In this document: in pieces, positions 1 to 11,670 of the stretch
Layout: each line of letters begins with the position of its first letter
How positions within the stretch are numbered: the stretch's first letter is position 1
Origin: Octopus vulgaris
Taxonomy: Eukaryota
Length of the DNA stretch: 64,000 nucleotides
Reading direction: 5' to 3'
Assembly (NCBI GenBank): GCA_951406725.2
Contig: OX597814.1
Coordinates: forward strand, 175,026,001-175,090,000
Program-made: the position numbers and the translations under genes
The notes under the pieces: model-generated
What the model was told of the DNA's origin: nothing
The model's database searches: none
Seen by the model: the letters and a program-made list of their open reading frames with translations, nothing else

Positions 1-295
1 TAGAAAGTTACCCTCCTAGACACAAGTCCGGGCAAGGTTGTTTGTGGAAGGCGAGCAGTCGCCCATGCATACCAGCCTCCCCTCTCCACGCCACCAGTGT
101 TATCCAAGGGAAAGGCAAAGGTCGATACAGCTTGGCACCTGTGACGTCGCAACTCATTTCTACAGCTGAGTGAACTGGAGCAATGTGAAATAAAGTGCCT
201 TGCTCAAGAACACAACACGCAGCCCGGTCCGGGATTCAAGCTCACAACCTCACGATCGTAAGCTCGACGCTCTAACCACTGAGCCATGCGCCTTC
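1..295 (-). mobile_element. tRNA-derived SINE, family A (CORE-like central domain), 3' end cut by window edge
   Basis: Minus strand: GGCGCATGGCTCAGTGGTTAGAGC (A box), GCTTGAATCC (B-box-like), then TTGTGTTCTTGAGCAAGGCACTTTATTTCAC...CAGCTGTAGAAATG; paralogous to 8855-9185. Confidence 0.85.
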
Positions 296-1559
296 TTATA
301 TTTTAATTTAAAATAAATAGATAAATATTTTTTTTTTATTAATATAAATTTCAAAATCAGTAGAATATCTTAGTAATAAAAATAATCTTCTGCTACTTTC
401 ATAATAGAAACAATCTACTGCTACATAAGAAATGGGAAAAATCTACTGCTTCCAGTGAATCTAAAAAAAAAAAGGTTTTGACTGATCATAATACAAAACA
501 TTACATGGCATACTTACCCTATTGATTCTCCGTCAGTTAAGCTGAAATTTTATTGACTGCACTATTTAAGCATTCATTGTTTGTATTGTTTACATAATAC
601 TGAGTTCCTACCAACTCTTCTTCTCTATCATCAGCATTACTAGTGTCATAGTTTTAACATCTATTTTTCATACTGGTATGAGTTGGAGAGATATATTGCA
701 GAGTATATTGTGAGTCACTTCTGTGCTTTGTCAAAATATCAGTGAGATCCTGCATCATGGGATTGGCGTTATCCTCTTTTGTTCATATCTTCAGTTCATA
801 GCCCTTTTCTCAGTTCACTATTAGTATCACAAGTCCATACCAGTACAGTCATCTTTCTTGTATACATTGTATGATATCTTTAATGCCCAGTCACTCCCAG
901 ATCATTTGTGTGGCCCCCGTCCTTGATGCAAATTAAATTTATACATCCAACAAACAGTACTGGACTCATTTTTCTCTCTTGGTAGATTCACTACATTCAG
1001 GATCTTTATTACTCACAGTGAAACACACACTCTTAATATGTAATTCAGGCAGTCTGTTCAAAATTAAATGTCCTTGGGAATTGTTATATGTCGTTCATCT
1101 TGTTTACATTACAGAAAATGCTTAAAACTTGAAGGAGTGGTTCATAGGGTAAAGGCTTGAAGGCCAATATGACAAAGAGCGAAGTTCTAAGAATTAAGGA
1201 AAGAGAGAGGGGGGTAGAAGAATACAAAATCCAAGCACTCTGGGAAGTGGCCTTATAAAACATGTAGGAACAAAGTTAATAGTAGTTCAATACTGATTAG
1301 CCAAAACTCAAAAATGATCAGTGGGGTTGCTGTCAGATTGACTATGAATATTGACTTCATATATTTTACAGAAGTACACCAGTAGGTAGTGGACAGAAAA
1401 TAAAGTCCATCAACTACTAAGATGACTCACACAAAGTAGTAGACATTTTCTGTTACCTAGTTGTGGTAACTGGCGAAAGTACAATAATTAGAAGAAAGAT
1501 GCAAGATATTGTTTTTTTTAACATACTATAAAGTGTCCCTATAACATCATGTTTCATTT

Positions 1560-1900
1560 GGTTGCACTCTTACCTTCCATTTGGGCTTGAATTGTTTAAC
1601 TATGTCATCTTAGAGGTTTTCCTGAATAATTCCTTCCAGTCTCTTGGATACCACTTGATAACTGCACAAATCCATCTCTTGTTTGTAACCCTTGTAATAC
1701 ATCTGACCCAGTGAAATTTGTGCTTTTTATATTCTATGACTAGATTGTTCACTTTGCGCCATTCTTGAATGTCCTTATTTCAAATATGGTCCTGTAATAT
1801 ATCTAATATGGATCTTTCCATGGTTCATGTTCTAAACTCCCGACCTCTTCTGCAACTCTTAGGGTGATTTTGCAACAAGCACAATAATATTCCCTTGACC
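1560..1900 (-). mobile_element. Old RTE-clade LINE 3' ORF fragment (second RTE family)
   Basis: Minus-strand translation KFHWVRCITRVTNKRWICAVIKWYPRDWK resembles the RTE C-terminal W-x-GH...RW...W-x-P-x-x-x-KR motif. Confidence 0.5.
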
Positions 1901-2958
1901 ATTTATTAAAAATTCATTTACAAGTTTTAACCCTACCACAATAAAAAAACAAAAACAAAAAAAAAACCCAATAGATGAAACAGACAAACAACTGCCTAAA
2001 TCCTAAACTGTATTTTGAAAATGTAGCTGTCTCTGATCTTACTTTTAACTTCATATGTAACCTGAGAAGCTCACCAATTCCCTCTAAATTTTCAAAAGTA
2101 TGGAGTCTGACAAACATATTTCCTAAGAGAACACATGCAAGATTTGTTCCAAGTATTCCTTTCCTGATGTTCCGGTGATACAATACAAGAATACCAGTTT
2201 AATAAGACACTTTTTCTCATTAATAAGATTTTTAAATATAACTTGAATCAAACTGATTTATTTATACAATATTATATTTTAGGAAAACATTTGCAGTGGT
2301 AATTTGAAACCTCATCTGCTAAATAATTGGTCAGACACCACATAAGCAAACCATCATAGTTTCATGTGGCCTGTCTATTAAGCAACCAATCAGCATGAAG
2401 CGATTTTCTAGAATGTTCTTTTGTACCCGATGAAAGACCATTTTGCCGCTTTATTAATTGCAGAGTATTGAAGGTGGCTGACTTATGCATCTTCGCTTTT
2501 GCCATCAAACAGTTCCAGACATTTGTGCAGATGACCAAAGCAGACAGCCAAGAACTTCTGTTGCCACAGAGATTTCCACAGCTGACCTTGGTGTTGTCTT
2601 ACAGATAGATTTTTATAATTTCAGAGCAATCTGTTTCTATCCGAGTCAACAAGTATTTATGTTGTTCATTGTAAATAGCCAACACCAATACCTTTATGTC
2701 TGGCAATAAATATTCATTTAAATTTTCACACATTGCTTCAGTTATTATTCACATATCCAGCAAAAAATATCTACACTGACCAGCCCAACTCAAACAGCAA
2801 GCAACAATAAAACATCTATGGAATTACAGATATTTACTGATTACTATATCTAGTAAAACTACATTTTCTCATAAGTAAGTTTGTTAATGCTTATTCTCAG
2901 AAACTGAAAGCTCATCATATAGCGGTTCAGCAAAATATACTAATAGAATAAGTACCAG

Positions 2959-3180
2959 AGGCGTCGAGATGGCAGAAAGGTTAGCATGCTGGGCAAAATG
3001 CTTAGCGGTATTTTGTCTGCCATTATGTTCTGAGTTCAAATTCTGCCGAGGTCGACTTTGCCTTTCATCCTTTCGGGGTCGATAAATAAAGTACCAGTTA
3101 TGCACTGGGGTCGATGTAATCGACTTAATCCCTTTGTCTGTCCCCTCTATGCTTAGCCCCTTGTGGGTAATAAAGAAATA
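2959..3180 (+). mobile_element. tRNA-derived SINE, family B (Nin/Deu-like domain), nested in a family C tail
   Basis: GAGTTCAAATTC B box, GTCGACTTTGCCTTTCATCCTTTCGGGGTCGATAAA core; 14-bp TSD AGAATAAGTACCAG at 2945-2958 and 3181-3194. Confidence 0.88.
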
Positions 3181-3295
3181 AGAATAAGTACCAGGCTTTT
3201 AAAAAATAATTCCAGGGGCTGATTTGTTCAACTAAAACCCTTCAAGGTGGTACTCAAGCATGGCCACAGTCAACTGAGTGAAACAAGTAAAAGAT

Positions 3296-3333
<38 letters not shown>

Positions 3334-3607
3334 TACCTTAGTTTTATTCGAACACATAAGACAGCTATTATGCTTACTCACCACAAAAAATACCACGTGG
3401 ATTCTGTTGAGACCAGTAAGAAACAATTATAAACTTTTTTATTACACTTAACTTTATAAAATATTTTTGATAAGGTTTGTTATTTCAAGAAGTACCGAAA
3501 CATATAAAATTTCTAAGAAAATTAAAATTTTATCTTATATAGTGACATTTTCAAACTTCTTTTTTATAAATATATACCCACTCGTATACGACCAACACTT
3601 ATTATAA

Positions 3608-3638
<31 letters not shown>

Positions 3639-4019
3639 CTAGTTTCAGCTCAGAGCTGCGGCCATGCTGATGCACCGCCGTAACATATATATATGTTATT
3701 AGTCAAGTTTCCCATAAGTCAGAAAGAAAAGCCCACTCAATATAAGTCAGAGAGCAGAAATATGTTTTTATCACCACACATTATGTTACTCATTATGACA
3801 TATGACTGATTAGAATGTTATGCCATAACTTTACTATATACATCTCCCTGTAACTTGGGTATATTCTCTGTCACATCTTCACTATCTTATCTCTTTGTCT
3901 TTACTCCAACTGAAGTAGCCATGTATCTCTTCTATTGCAAGACAACTTTTTCTGTTCCTTTATTCATACTCTAACTTCTCATCATCCTGGAACCAAGCTA
4001 CTTTCCTCAACACTGCTCA

Positions 4020-4262
4020 TTCCTCAGTTGAGGAGTCTTGTCTTGCAAATTACTTAGTGACCTCACTCCTGCTGGTGCCACATAAAAAGTGCCCCACATA
4101 CTCTGTAAAGTGGTTGGTGTTAGGAAGGACATCCAGCTATAGAAACCATGCCAAAATAGACAGCAGAGCTTGGAGTAGTCTTCTGGCTTTCCGGCTCCTG
4201 TCAAACTGTCCAATCCATGCCAGAATAAAATGTAGACATTAATTGATGATGATGAGATGACA
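4020..4262 (+). mobile_element. RTE-type 3' end fragment
   Basis: GGTTGGTGTTAGGAAGGACATCCAGCTATAGAAAC motif and (GAT)n tail shared with the RTE 3' UTR at 28800-28951. Confidence 0.7.
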
Positions 4263-4807
4263 ATGATATGATGATGGCGATGATATATATATATTTATTA
4301 TATTCAATACTGAATTTTTATTCCGAATAAGAACATTGTTACTGAAATGCAATTCAAAAAAGCCCACCATTTACATAGATGTGTAAGGGGTGAACAGTTC
4401 GATATACTACGGTGGATGCAACGGTTGTTCATCTGGTATGTTGTTTTTGTTCATTCATTATAAATCTTGAATTATGCTTGACTGATGAGTGAAGAGCGCA
4501 TATAACTGCACTAATTATGAAATCACTAGTGATCTGCAGCTGAATTCTGTTTTTAAATGACTTGCTTCGAGACTTGTTTTTGGTACGATATGTTTATTTT
4601 TTTTAGTAGTTTTGACTTTAAGAGTCCCTCCTAGCATGTGGCATTTATGTGTAATAATGCCCTCTATGTAATAAAAATAAATATATTTAAGTGGAAAAAA
4701 ATTGATGGATATTTTTTTTCTCTTATGAGGTTTTTCACGCTAACTACTTGATAAATTCTTATAAAGATTTCATCCTATTTTTAAATTATATATATATATA
4801 TATCACC

Positions 4808-5378
4808 ATCATCATCATCTTCATTTAGCATCCGCTTTCCATGTTAGCATGGGTTGGACGGTTTAACTGGGGTCTGGGAAGCTAGGAGGCTGCACCAGGC
4901 CCAGTCAGATCTGGCAATGTTTCTACGGCTGGATGCCCTTCTTAACGCCAACCACTCCGTGAGTGTAGTGGGTGCTTTTTACGTGCCACCGGCACAGGTG
5001 CAAGACGAGGCTGGCAAATGGCCATGATTGGATGGTGCTTTTTACGTGCCACTGGCACGGGGGCCAGGCGAGGCTGGCAATGGCCACAATCGGATGGTGC
5101 TTTTTACGTGCCACCGGCTCGAGGCCAGTCGGGGCGATGCTAGCAATGGCCACATTCGGATGGTTCTCTTACGTACCACCGGCATTGGTAGCACAGCTGC
5201 AATTTCCATTGATGTTGATCGATTTCGATTTTCCCTTGCCTCAACAGGTCTTCACATGTAGAGTTTTGTGTCCCAAGAAGGGAAGGTATGCATAAGTGGA
5301 CTGGCTACATCCCATGTAGAGGCCACGGGTTACAGTCTCACTTGTCTTGCCGGGTCTTCTCACGCACAGCATACTTCC
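4808..5378 (-). mobile_element. RTE LINE 3' UTR (5'-truncated, young subfamily)
   Basis: Near-identical reverse complement of about 28410-28951, including the four GGCACGTAAAAAGCACC-type modules and the (GAT)n tail. Confidence 0.9.
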
Positions 5379-5735
5379 ATATATATATATATAGGTGCTG
5401 CTAAGATTAAAACAATACCTGAAACAAAACCATTCATAAATGTTAACAAGTTGCTCACCAGTGACAGCCGGTGATACTTATTGTCTATTCATTGAAAGAA
5501 AAAAAATATATATTTACAGCATTGCTAAGGCTGGAATGCCTTTGTATTATTTCTTTTTACTGTTATGGAAGTATAAGTTTATGAATAAAAAGGAAAAATG
5601 AATTTCTGCTGCCAATAATATAAACATTATATTTGAAATAAATTTATGGAGAATTATAATGACTCTCATTCAACAAATCAGCACCAGTTGTATGCTTTAT
5701 TTCTAGGTAATATTGAGTATCAAATATCATTCTAA

Positions 5736-6123
5736 TCTTTATATATAAAAGTGAGGTTGTGTGCTGTCTGTCTCCTACGATTTAGATTCCTAACTACTCC
5801 CACATTTTGCGGTGCAGTTTAACCAAAACCGGGTATCTTATAGTCGTGATTCATATCGAGCCCTTCTGGGTATTAGTGCGCGTCTACGATTTAAAAAAAA
5901 ATTTACCATCAATTTTTCCCATTTTTAATGCATTTTTGGCATATATAAGGGAAGTAACTCTCTAAAAATGTATTATTAAATTTCAGAGCGTAAAAAGCTA
6001 CAGTAACCCCCCCCCCCCTTTGTGGTTAGCCATATTGAGATGGCTATTATACTTTACATCTCTAAAAATGCTTATATAGTTATTTCCCTTATAAACCCGA
6101 GCAACGCCGGGTGATACTGCTAG
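5736..6123 (+). mobile_element. Non-autonomous Helitron
   Basis: A|TC 5' end (TCTTTATATATAAAAG), subterminal hairpin ACCCG-AGCAACGC-CGGGT (6095-6112), CTAG|T 3' end, no TSD; CpG-rich, so relatively young. Confidence 0.8.
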
Positions 6124-6619
6124 TTCTACATGAGGTTAATGATTATTCTCATTAATTGTGTTTTCCTTTCAGCATTTTAAAGTTCAATTATATTGTTGTT
6201 TGTGCTCATTCAACTCTTAAGAATATACAATAAATTAATAAATATTTTTTTGTTTTAATTGCTTTGAAATTTAGTGGGGACGGTGCCTAATTTTTGTAAA
6301 CTCTTCTAGATTAAAATTAACGTGGTTGATTTACAGTTAGGACTTCTAGAGTTTAATATTTTCTTTATTTAATAAAGTTCTGTATTTGGACTGTGGTCAT
6401 GCTGAAGCATAGTATTTTAGTTGATTATAGCAATCTTTGTTCTCTGTCTAGTACATTTTTTATTGTTTTTCTTTTTTTAGACTGTTCTCCTTGAAAATTT
6501 TCACATATATAAACCAATAAGTTTTGCAATGAGTTAACCTCTGAAAAAGCCCCAGAAACAATTGTACAACCCTAACATATTTATTTAGATAAAATTTTAT
6601 TTGCTCTATCAATATATAT

Positions 6620-7592
6620 ATATAAGGAGGTACCTAAAAGTAACCAGAAATGTTGTCTGTGGGACAATCCCATTGTATTTCAGGCTTCTGCTGCTAGAAG
6701 CCACTTCAGACATCAGTCTGCTGACAGGAGTCATTGAGTTAAGTTGTTCTGCCATGTGATGCATCTTTGTTTTGCAGTGCTTCTCCCTTGTTTGTTGATT
6801 TTTGCAATGGCTGAAACAAAGGTACAACATGCTTCCGTGAAATTCTGTTTTCTGTTGGGGGAAACAGCAAAACACAAGTTTACGAGTGGTTTTTCACACT
6901 TCAGGAATGGTCACTTGTTGCCTGAAGATCAACTCCATCCAGGATGACCGTTGGCCTCCTGAACGAATGAAATCATCATGAAAATTCATGAGATCTTGAA
7001 GGACCAATAATTGACAAACTTGTTGATATGAATGGTGTGTCCTGGAGTTCCTGCCAATGAATTTTGAGAGAGGAATTGCTAATGAAAAGAGTTGCAGCAA
7101 AATTTGTGTCTTGCTTGCCCACGGAAGATCAAAAGCAAACATGACTGAATGTGTGCTGTGAACTGAAAGTACAATCTGGACCTTTCAAAGATCATCACTG
7201 GTGATGAAAGCTGCTGCTATGGAACTTGCAGATGTGAAAGAGGTGAAGAAAAAAACCATGGAGACAACGTTAAAAGGCATCACTTTACAAGAGTTCCAGG
7301 ACTGCTTTGAACAGTGGAAAAAGTGTCTGGACTAATGCATTGCTTCAGATGAAGAATACATTGAAGACAATAAAAGTGTAAGCGGAGTGGTTGGCGTTAG
7401 GAAGGGCATCCAGCCGTAGAAACTCTGCCAGATCAGACTGGAGCCTGGAGCAGCCCCTGGCTTCCCAGACCCCGGTCGAACTGTCCAACCCGTGCTAGCG
7501 CGGAAAACGGACGTTAAACGATGATGATGATGTAAAAGTAAGTGAATAAAATAATATGTTAAAATTTCAGTTTATTTGGGTACCCCCTTGTA
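6620..7592 (+). mobile_element. Internally deleted mariner element with an RTE 3' tail inserted at about 7383-7530
   Basis: Imperfect TIRs (TATAAGGAGGTACCTAAAAGTAACCAGAAAT / ATTTCAGTTTATTTGGGTACCCCCTTGTA); transposase remnants VKFCFLLG, QVYEWF, IITGDES. Confidence 0.75.
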
Positions 7593-8199
7593 TACACACA
7601 CACATATATATATATATATAGCAAATAACTGACTTTTATATGTGTTAGTCCCCTCCAAAGAAGCCTAGGAGCACATCCATTATCCAAGTCTTGTCTGCTC
7701 ATCCCTGCATAACACTGAAGAGATGGAGATAACCTGGAAGATTTTGTTGCCTCTTGGCATAAACAGCTGTAAGGAACTAGCACCTGCAAACCCATTTAGT
7801 TTTTTGCCAATTTGCTCACTTGTTTCTATATGCTTATATGTATTCACACCCTTGTTTATGCAGTTACTGTTTTTTTTTCACTCGCTAATCTATACCACTC
7901 GTACATGCGTGTGTGTATTCATCCAATACATTTGAATAAATAGACATACTGGAATGTTTACCAGCTGATGGCTGTCAATTTTATATCCTCTCCGTTTTCT
8001 TATTTGCTGTATAAATCAAGGGTAAACCACTTATTAACCCTGCAGCTCATATCATCTGAGACAAACAAATACAAACTCTCAAAAGTTAGGTACTAAACTG
8101 TCTCCTATTGATTGCTAGCTTATTGAACCCTTCATTGGGATTAAATGTCTGGTGCAACTATTGTTTACAAATGTATATTTATATACACTCATACAATAC

Positions 8200-8588
8200 T
8201 CTTACTCTTTTACTTGTTTCAGTCATTTGACTGCGGCCATGCTGGAGCACCGCCTTTAGTCGAGCAACTCGATCCCAGGACTTATTCTTTTGTAAGCCCA
8301 GTACTTATTCTATCGGTCTCTTTTGCCGAACTGCTAAGTAACGGGGACATAAACACATCAGCATCGGTTGTCAAGCGATGCTAGGGGGACAAACACAGAC
8401 ACACATATGCATATATATATATATACATATATACGACGGGCTTCTTTCAGTTTCCGTCTACCAAATCCACTCACAAGGCTTTGGTCGGCCCGAGGCTATA
8501 ATAGAAGACACTTGCCCAAGGTGCCAAGCAGTGGGATTGAACCCGGAACCATGTGGTTGGTAAACAAGCTACTTACCACACAGCCACT
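8200..8588 (-). mobile_element. tRNA-derived SINE, family C, near full length (non-RTE tail)
   Basis: Minus strand GTGGCTGTGTGGTAAG (A box), GGGTTCAATCCC (B box), CTTGGGCAAGTGTCTTCT core, internal TA/TG microsatellite, tail ending GAAACAAGTAAAAGAG. More copies at about 19070-19388, 20225-20400, 46845-47330 and 61897-62117. Confidence 0.88.
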
Positions 8589-8854
8589 TTGTCTGTCTTT
8601 AACTTCTGAGTTCAAATTCCACTGAGTTTGACTTCACCTTTCATCCTTTTAGGGTTGATAAACTAAGTGTCAGTTGAACATTGGGGCTAATGTAATCAAC
8701 TTAATCACTTACTCAAGATTGCTGGCCTTGTGCTAAAATATGAAACCAATATTTACATAAATAGAAAATGGATCTCCATAAATTATGATAATGAGTATTC
8801 CATTTATACAATCAAGTGAATTAACCTACTCTTGAATTACTGTGTATGTAGTCA

Positions 8855-9185
8855 GGCACATGGCTCAGTGGATAGAGTGTCTGGATCACAATCATGCGCT
8901 AGTGAGTTTGGTTCCCAGATCAAACTGTGTGTTGTGTTCTTGAGCAAGATACTTTATTTCACATTGCTCCAGTTCACTCAGCTGTAGAAATGAGTTGTGA
9001 TGTCTCTGGTGCCAAGCTGTATATCAGCCTTTACCTTTCCTTTGGATAACATCAATAGCATGGAGGGGGAGGCTGGTATGCAAGGTAGACTGCTGGTCTT
9101 CTGTAAACAAATTTGCTTAGACTTGTGCCTCAGAAGGTAACTTCCTAGTTGCAATCCCATGGTTATTCATGATCGAAGGGGATCA
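8855..9185 (+). mobile_element. SINE family A, diverged full-length copy
   Basis: GGCACATGGCTCAGTGG head and body colinear with the reverse complement of 1-295. Confidence 0.82.
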
Positions 9186-9211
9186 CTCAGTCAAGTATTT
9201 TTCAGGTAGAC

Positions 9212-9604
9212 TCGGCATGACTGTATGGTAACATTTGCTTGCCAAGCACATAGTTTTGGGTTCAGTTCACCGTATGGGATCTTGTGCAAGTGTCTTCTAC
9301 TACATCCCCAGGCCAACAAAAGCCTTGTGCATGTGGATTTGGTTGACGGAAACTGAAAGAAGCCTGTTATGTATATATGTTACTGTCTCCTTGCTTTAAT
9401 ATTTTGTGATAGTTGAAAATAAGTGTCACTGTTCAGCAAGCTGTGTCCTTCATTTCTAATCTTCTTTGAAAACATGTCTAGTCTCAGGGATTATCTGGAA
9501 ACAGGTGAGGGTTGGTGACAAGAAAGGCATTCAGCCATAGATAATTTCCTCTCAACAAAATCCTTGAGCATGGAAAAGTGGAAGTTAAACTTATGATGAT
9601 GATG
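9212..9604 (+). mobile_element. SINE family C variant with RTE-derived 3' tail
   Basis: Family C head and core, followed by GAAACAGGTGAGGGTTGG...AAGGCATTCAGCCATAG...GCATGGAAAAGTGG...(GAT)n. Similar copies at about 21535-21925 (+) and 30925-31325 (-). Confidence 0.75.
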
Positions 9605-9781
9605 GTTCTGAATTACACAGAGTATGCCAAGGTTGAGCCTTTTAACTACAGATACAAAACATTTGATGGGCTTTCTCAAAATTTCTTTCTGCTCAGTTTC
9701 ACTTATAAGGCTTGGGTTGGCCCAAGGTTATTTACAGTAAAAGACACTTGCCCAAGGTGTCATGCAGTGGTATTGAACCCA

Positions 9782-10016
9782 AAAGGGTGGTGAGCTGGCA
9801 GAAACGTTAGCATGCCGGGCGAAATGCTTAGCGGTATTTCGTCTGCTGCTACGTTCTGAGTTCAAATTCCACCAAGGTCGACTTTGCCTTTCATCCTATT
9901 GGGGTTGATAAATTAAGTACCAGTTGTGTACTGGGGTCGATATAATCGACTTAATCCTTTTGTCTGTCCTTGTTTGTCCACTCTATGTTTAGCCCCTTGT
10001 GGGCAGTAAAGAAATG
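9782..10016 (+). mobile_element. SINE family B nested in a minus-strand family C head
   Basis: Colinear with 2959-3180; 13-bp TSD GGTATTGAACCCA at 9769-9781 and 10017-10029. Older minus-strand B copies at about 15370-15580, 17630-17790 and 49690-49870. Confidence 0.88.
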
Positions 10017-11199
10017 GGTATTGAACCCAGACCTCCTCTCCTTGATTGCAAAATAAGCTTCTCAACCACCTATCCATCATGATGTCTATACACACATTTA
10101 ATAAACAATAGTCTTATCAATGGTTTACACTATTCCAGAGAGAGGTCACAAGAGATGTGTGCATTTCAACTCTTGAATGTTTGCATTTCTTAGTCTGGAA
10201 TTATTCCAATCGCAGCTCACGGAAAACTGTTCTAGGCATTGATGGCTGAGTACAAGAAGCTCTTATTGGTATCTGGTTAAAAAAGTGTAAGAGCTGGTTT
10301 TTATTCTTTGCTGCCTTTCATACTGTGGTATGACAGGATTATGTTGCCGTTGGTGGTATATGGAGGATTTTAAGTGCTCTAAGCAAAACCCATTTTGGTG
10401 CCTCCAACTTAATTAGCAAGCATGATGATTAAGACAAAATTTTGCACGCCATCACACTTGCGCTAGGGGACAACTCTCCTCATCCTCCTGCTGACTACGC
10501 GTCTAATTGTATAAGAAGCAACTTAAATCTTACTAAGCAGTATATTTATTTGGTAGAGTGTTGTTGAAAGAAATTCTACCGACTGTATAGGATGTCAAAG
10601 GTATATTTGAACACAGCACTACAAGATAATACTCGTCAGTTTAAGAGGTCTTGTTATCAACTGTAGTGAGATGTACGTCTAAATAGCATCTATCTAGAGC
10701 TGAGAATTCCTACAATACATTAATTTCTAATTCTTGAGATTCCATTATTAATTGAACTCTAGATGTCGTTAACTTGAAATTTTGAGTAACTCAATGTCTT
10801 ACCAGATGATAAAAGTAAAAGTTATAGGCAAAGAAATTTAATAGCGACGGAGTTTGTTTTGTAAGAGCAGTCTCTGTGGCTAAATATCTAAACCATTTTA
10901 TTTCCAGAAAGTCGCTATGAAATAGAAATCTGTTCATCATCACCCTTATCTTCTCGATATTTAAAAGCACCACTTACACAATATATATAACTTCTTTTGC
11001 TTTCGTTCATTCTTTGTTGCTTTCCGTTCATTAGCTTATTTTTCTTCCAAGATGCGAAAATTATGGTAAAAATATATTTAGACTAGATTATGTAATTATA
11101 TATAAAAAAAAAACTATTTACACCTGAATCTTAAAATAATATCATAGAATATTCCTTAGTTCCAAGGACGATAAAATTTTGAGAATCCATTTTCTCATC

Positions 11200-11513
11200 C
11201 TACACGGATTAATTTCAGATACGGAATTAATAAAATAAAATACAATAAAATAAGCAGATTAATGCGAAATGTGCTAGAGTTGTCCCCCTTCTCCATACAC
11301 GGAAGTTCGAGAGCGCATGATCGTTATCTTAAACGATGGCTGCCGACCAGTCGAAAAAGTATTTAGCTTACAACCAGATTTTATCAGAAAATCGCCCTTG
11401 TCTGGGGTTGGGATAACTTTGCTGTAATTATTAATAATCGTAGTTTGATAGTTATATCGTCATTCGTTCATTTCATTGTACAGTTAAACCGAATAATTAA
11501 AAAAAAGTGAACG
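11200..11513 (+). promoter_or_regulatory. Putative TRAPPC8 core promoter / 5' UTR
   Basis: Locally CpG-retaining, repeat-free region just upstream of the ATG; ETS-type ACGGAAGT at 11299-11306; YY1-like GATGGCTGCC at 11335-11344. TSS not determinable from sequence. Confidence 0.55.
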
Positions 11514-11670
11514 ATGGCGCAGTGCAAGCAGACGGCTCAGGAGTTTATCCAGAACACGTTTAGTCCGCAGGTGGCTGTACTGTGTAGTGCAGATGCTGAA
11601 CATTTGTGTCAAAAAAACAATTTGACATTTGTTGAGTTAGTACAACCATTCTGTCGACTTAACAGCGAAG
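11514..11670 (+). CDS. TRAPPC8: TRAPPC8 (trafficking protein particle complex subunit 8, Trs85) coding exon 1
   Basis: MAQCKQTAQEFIQNTFSPQVAVLCSADAEHLCQKNNLTFVELVQPFCRLNSE matches the recalled vertebrate TRAPPC8 N-terminus (MAQCVQSVQELIPDSFVPCVAALCSDEAERL...). Good start context aacgATGG; donor AAG|GTAAGA at 11671; 157 nt, phase 1. Confidence 0.95.

Noticed and set aside
1-295. tRNA gene-like A/B boxes (also at 8855, 8588 and 22378)
   Set aside because: No complete cloverleaf or terminator; each continues into a multi-copy SINE body.
2360-2750. Mostly open minus-strand frame of about 130 codons, and + ORF 2485-2709
   Set aside because: Internal stop, no recognisable domain, no convincing splice sites.
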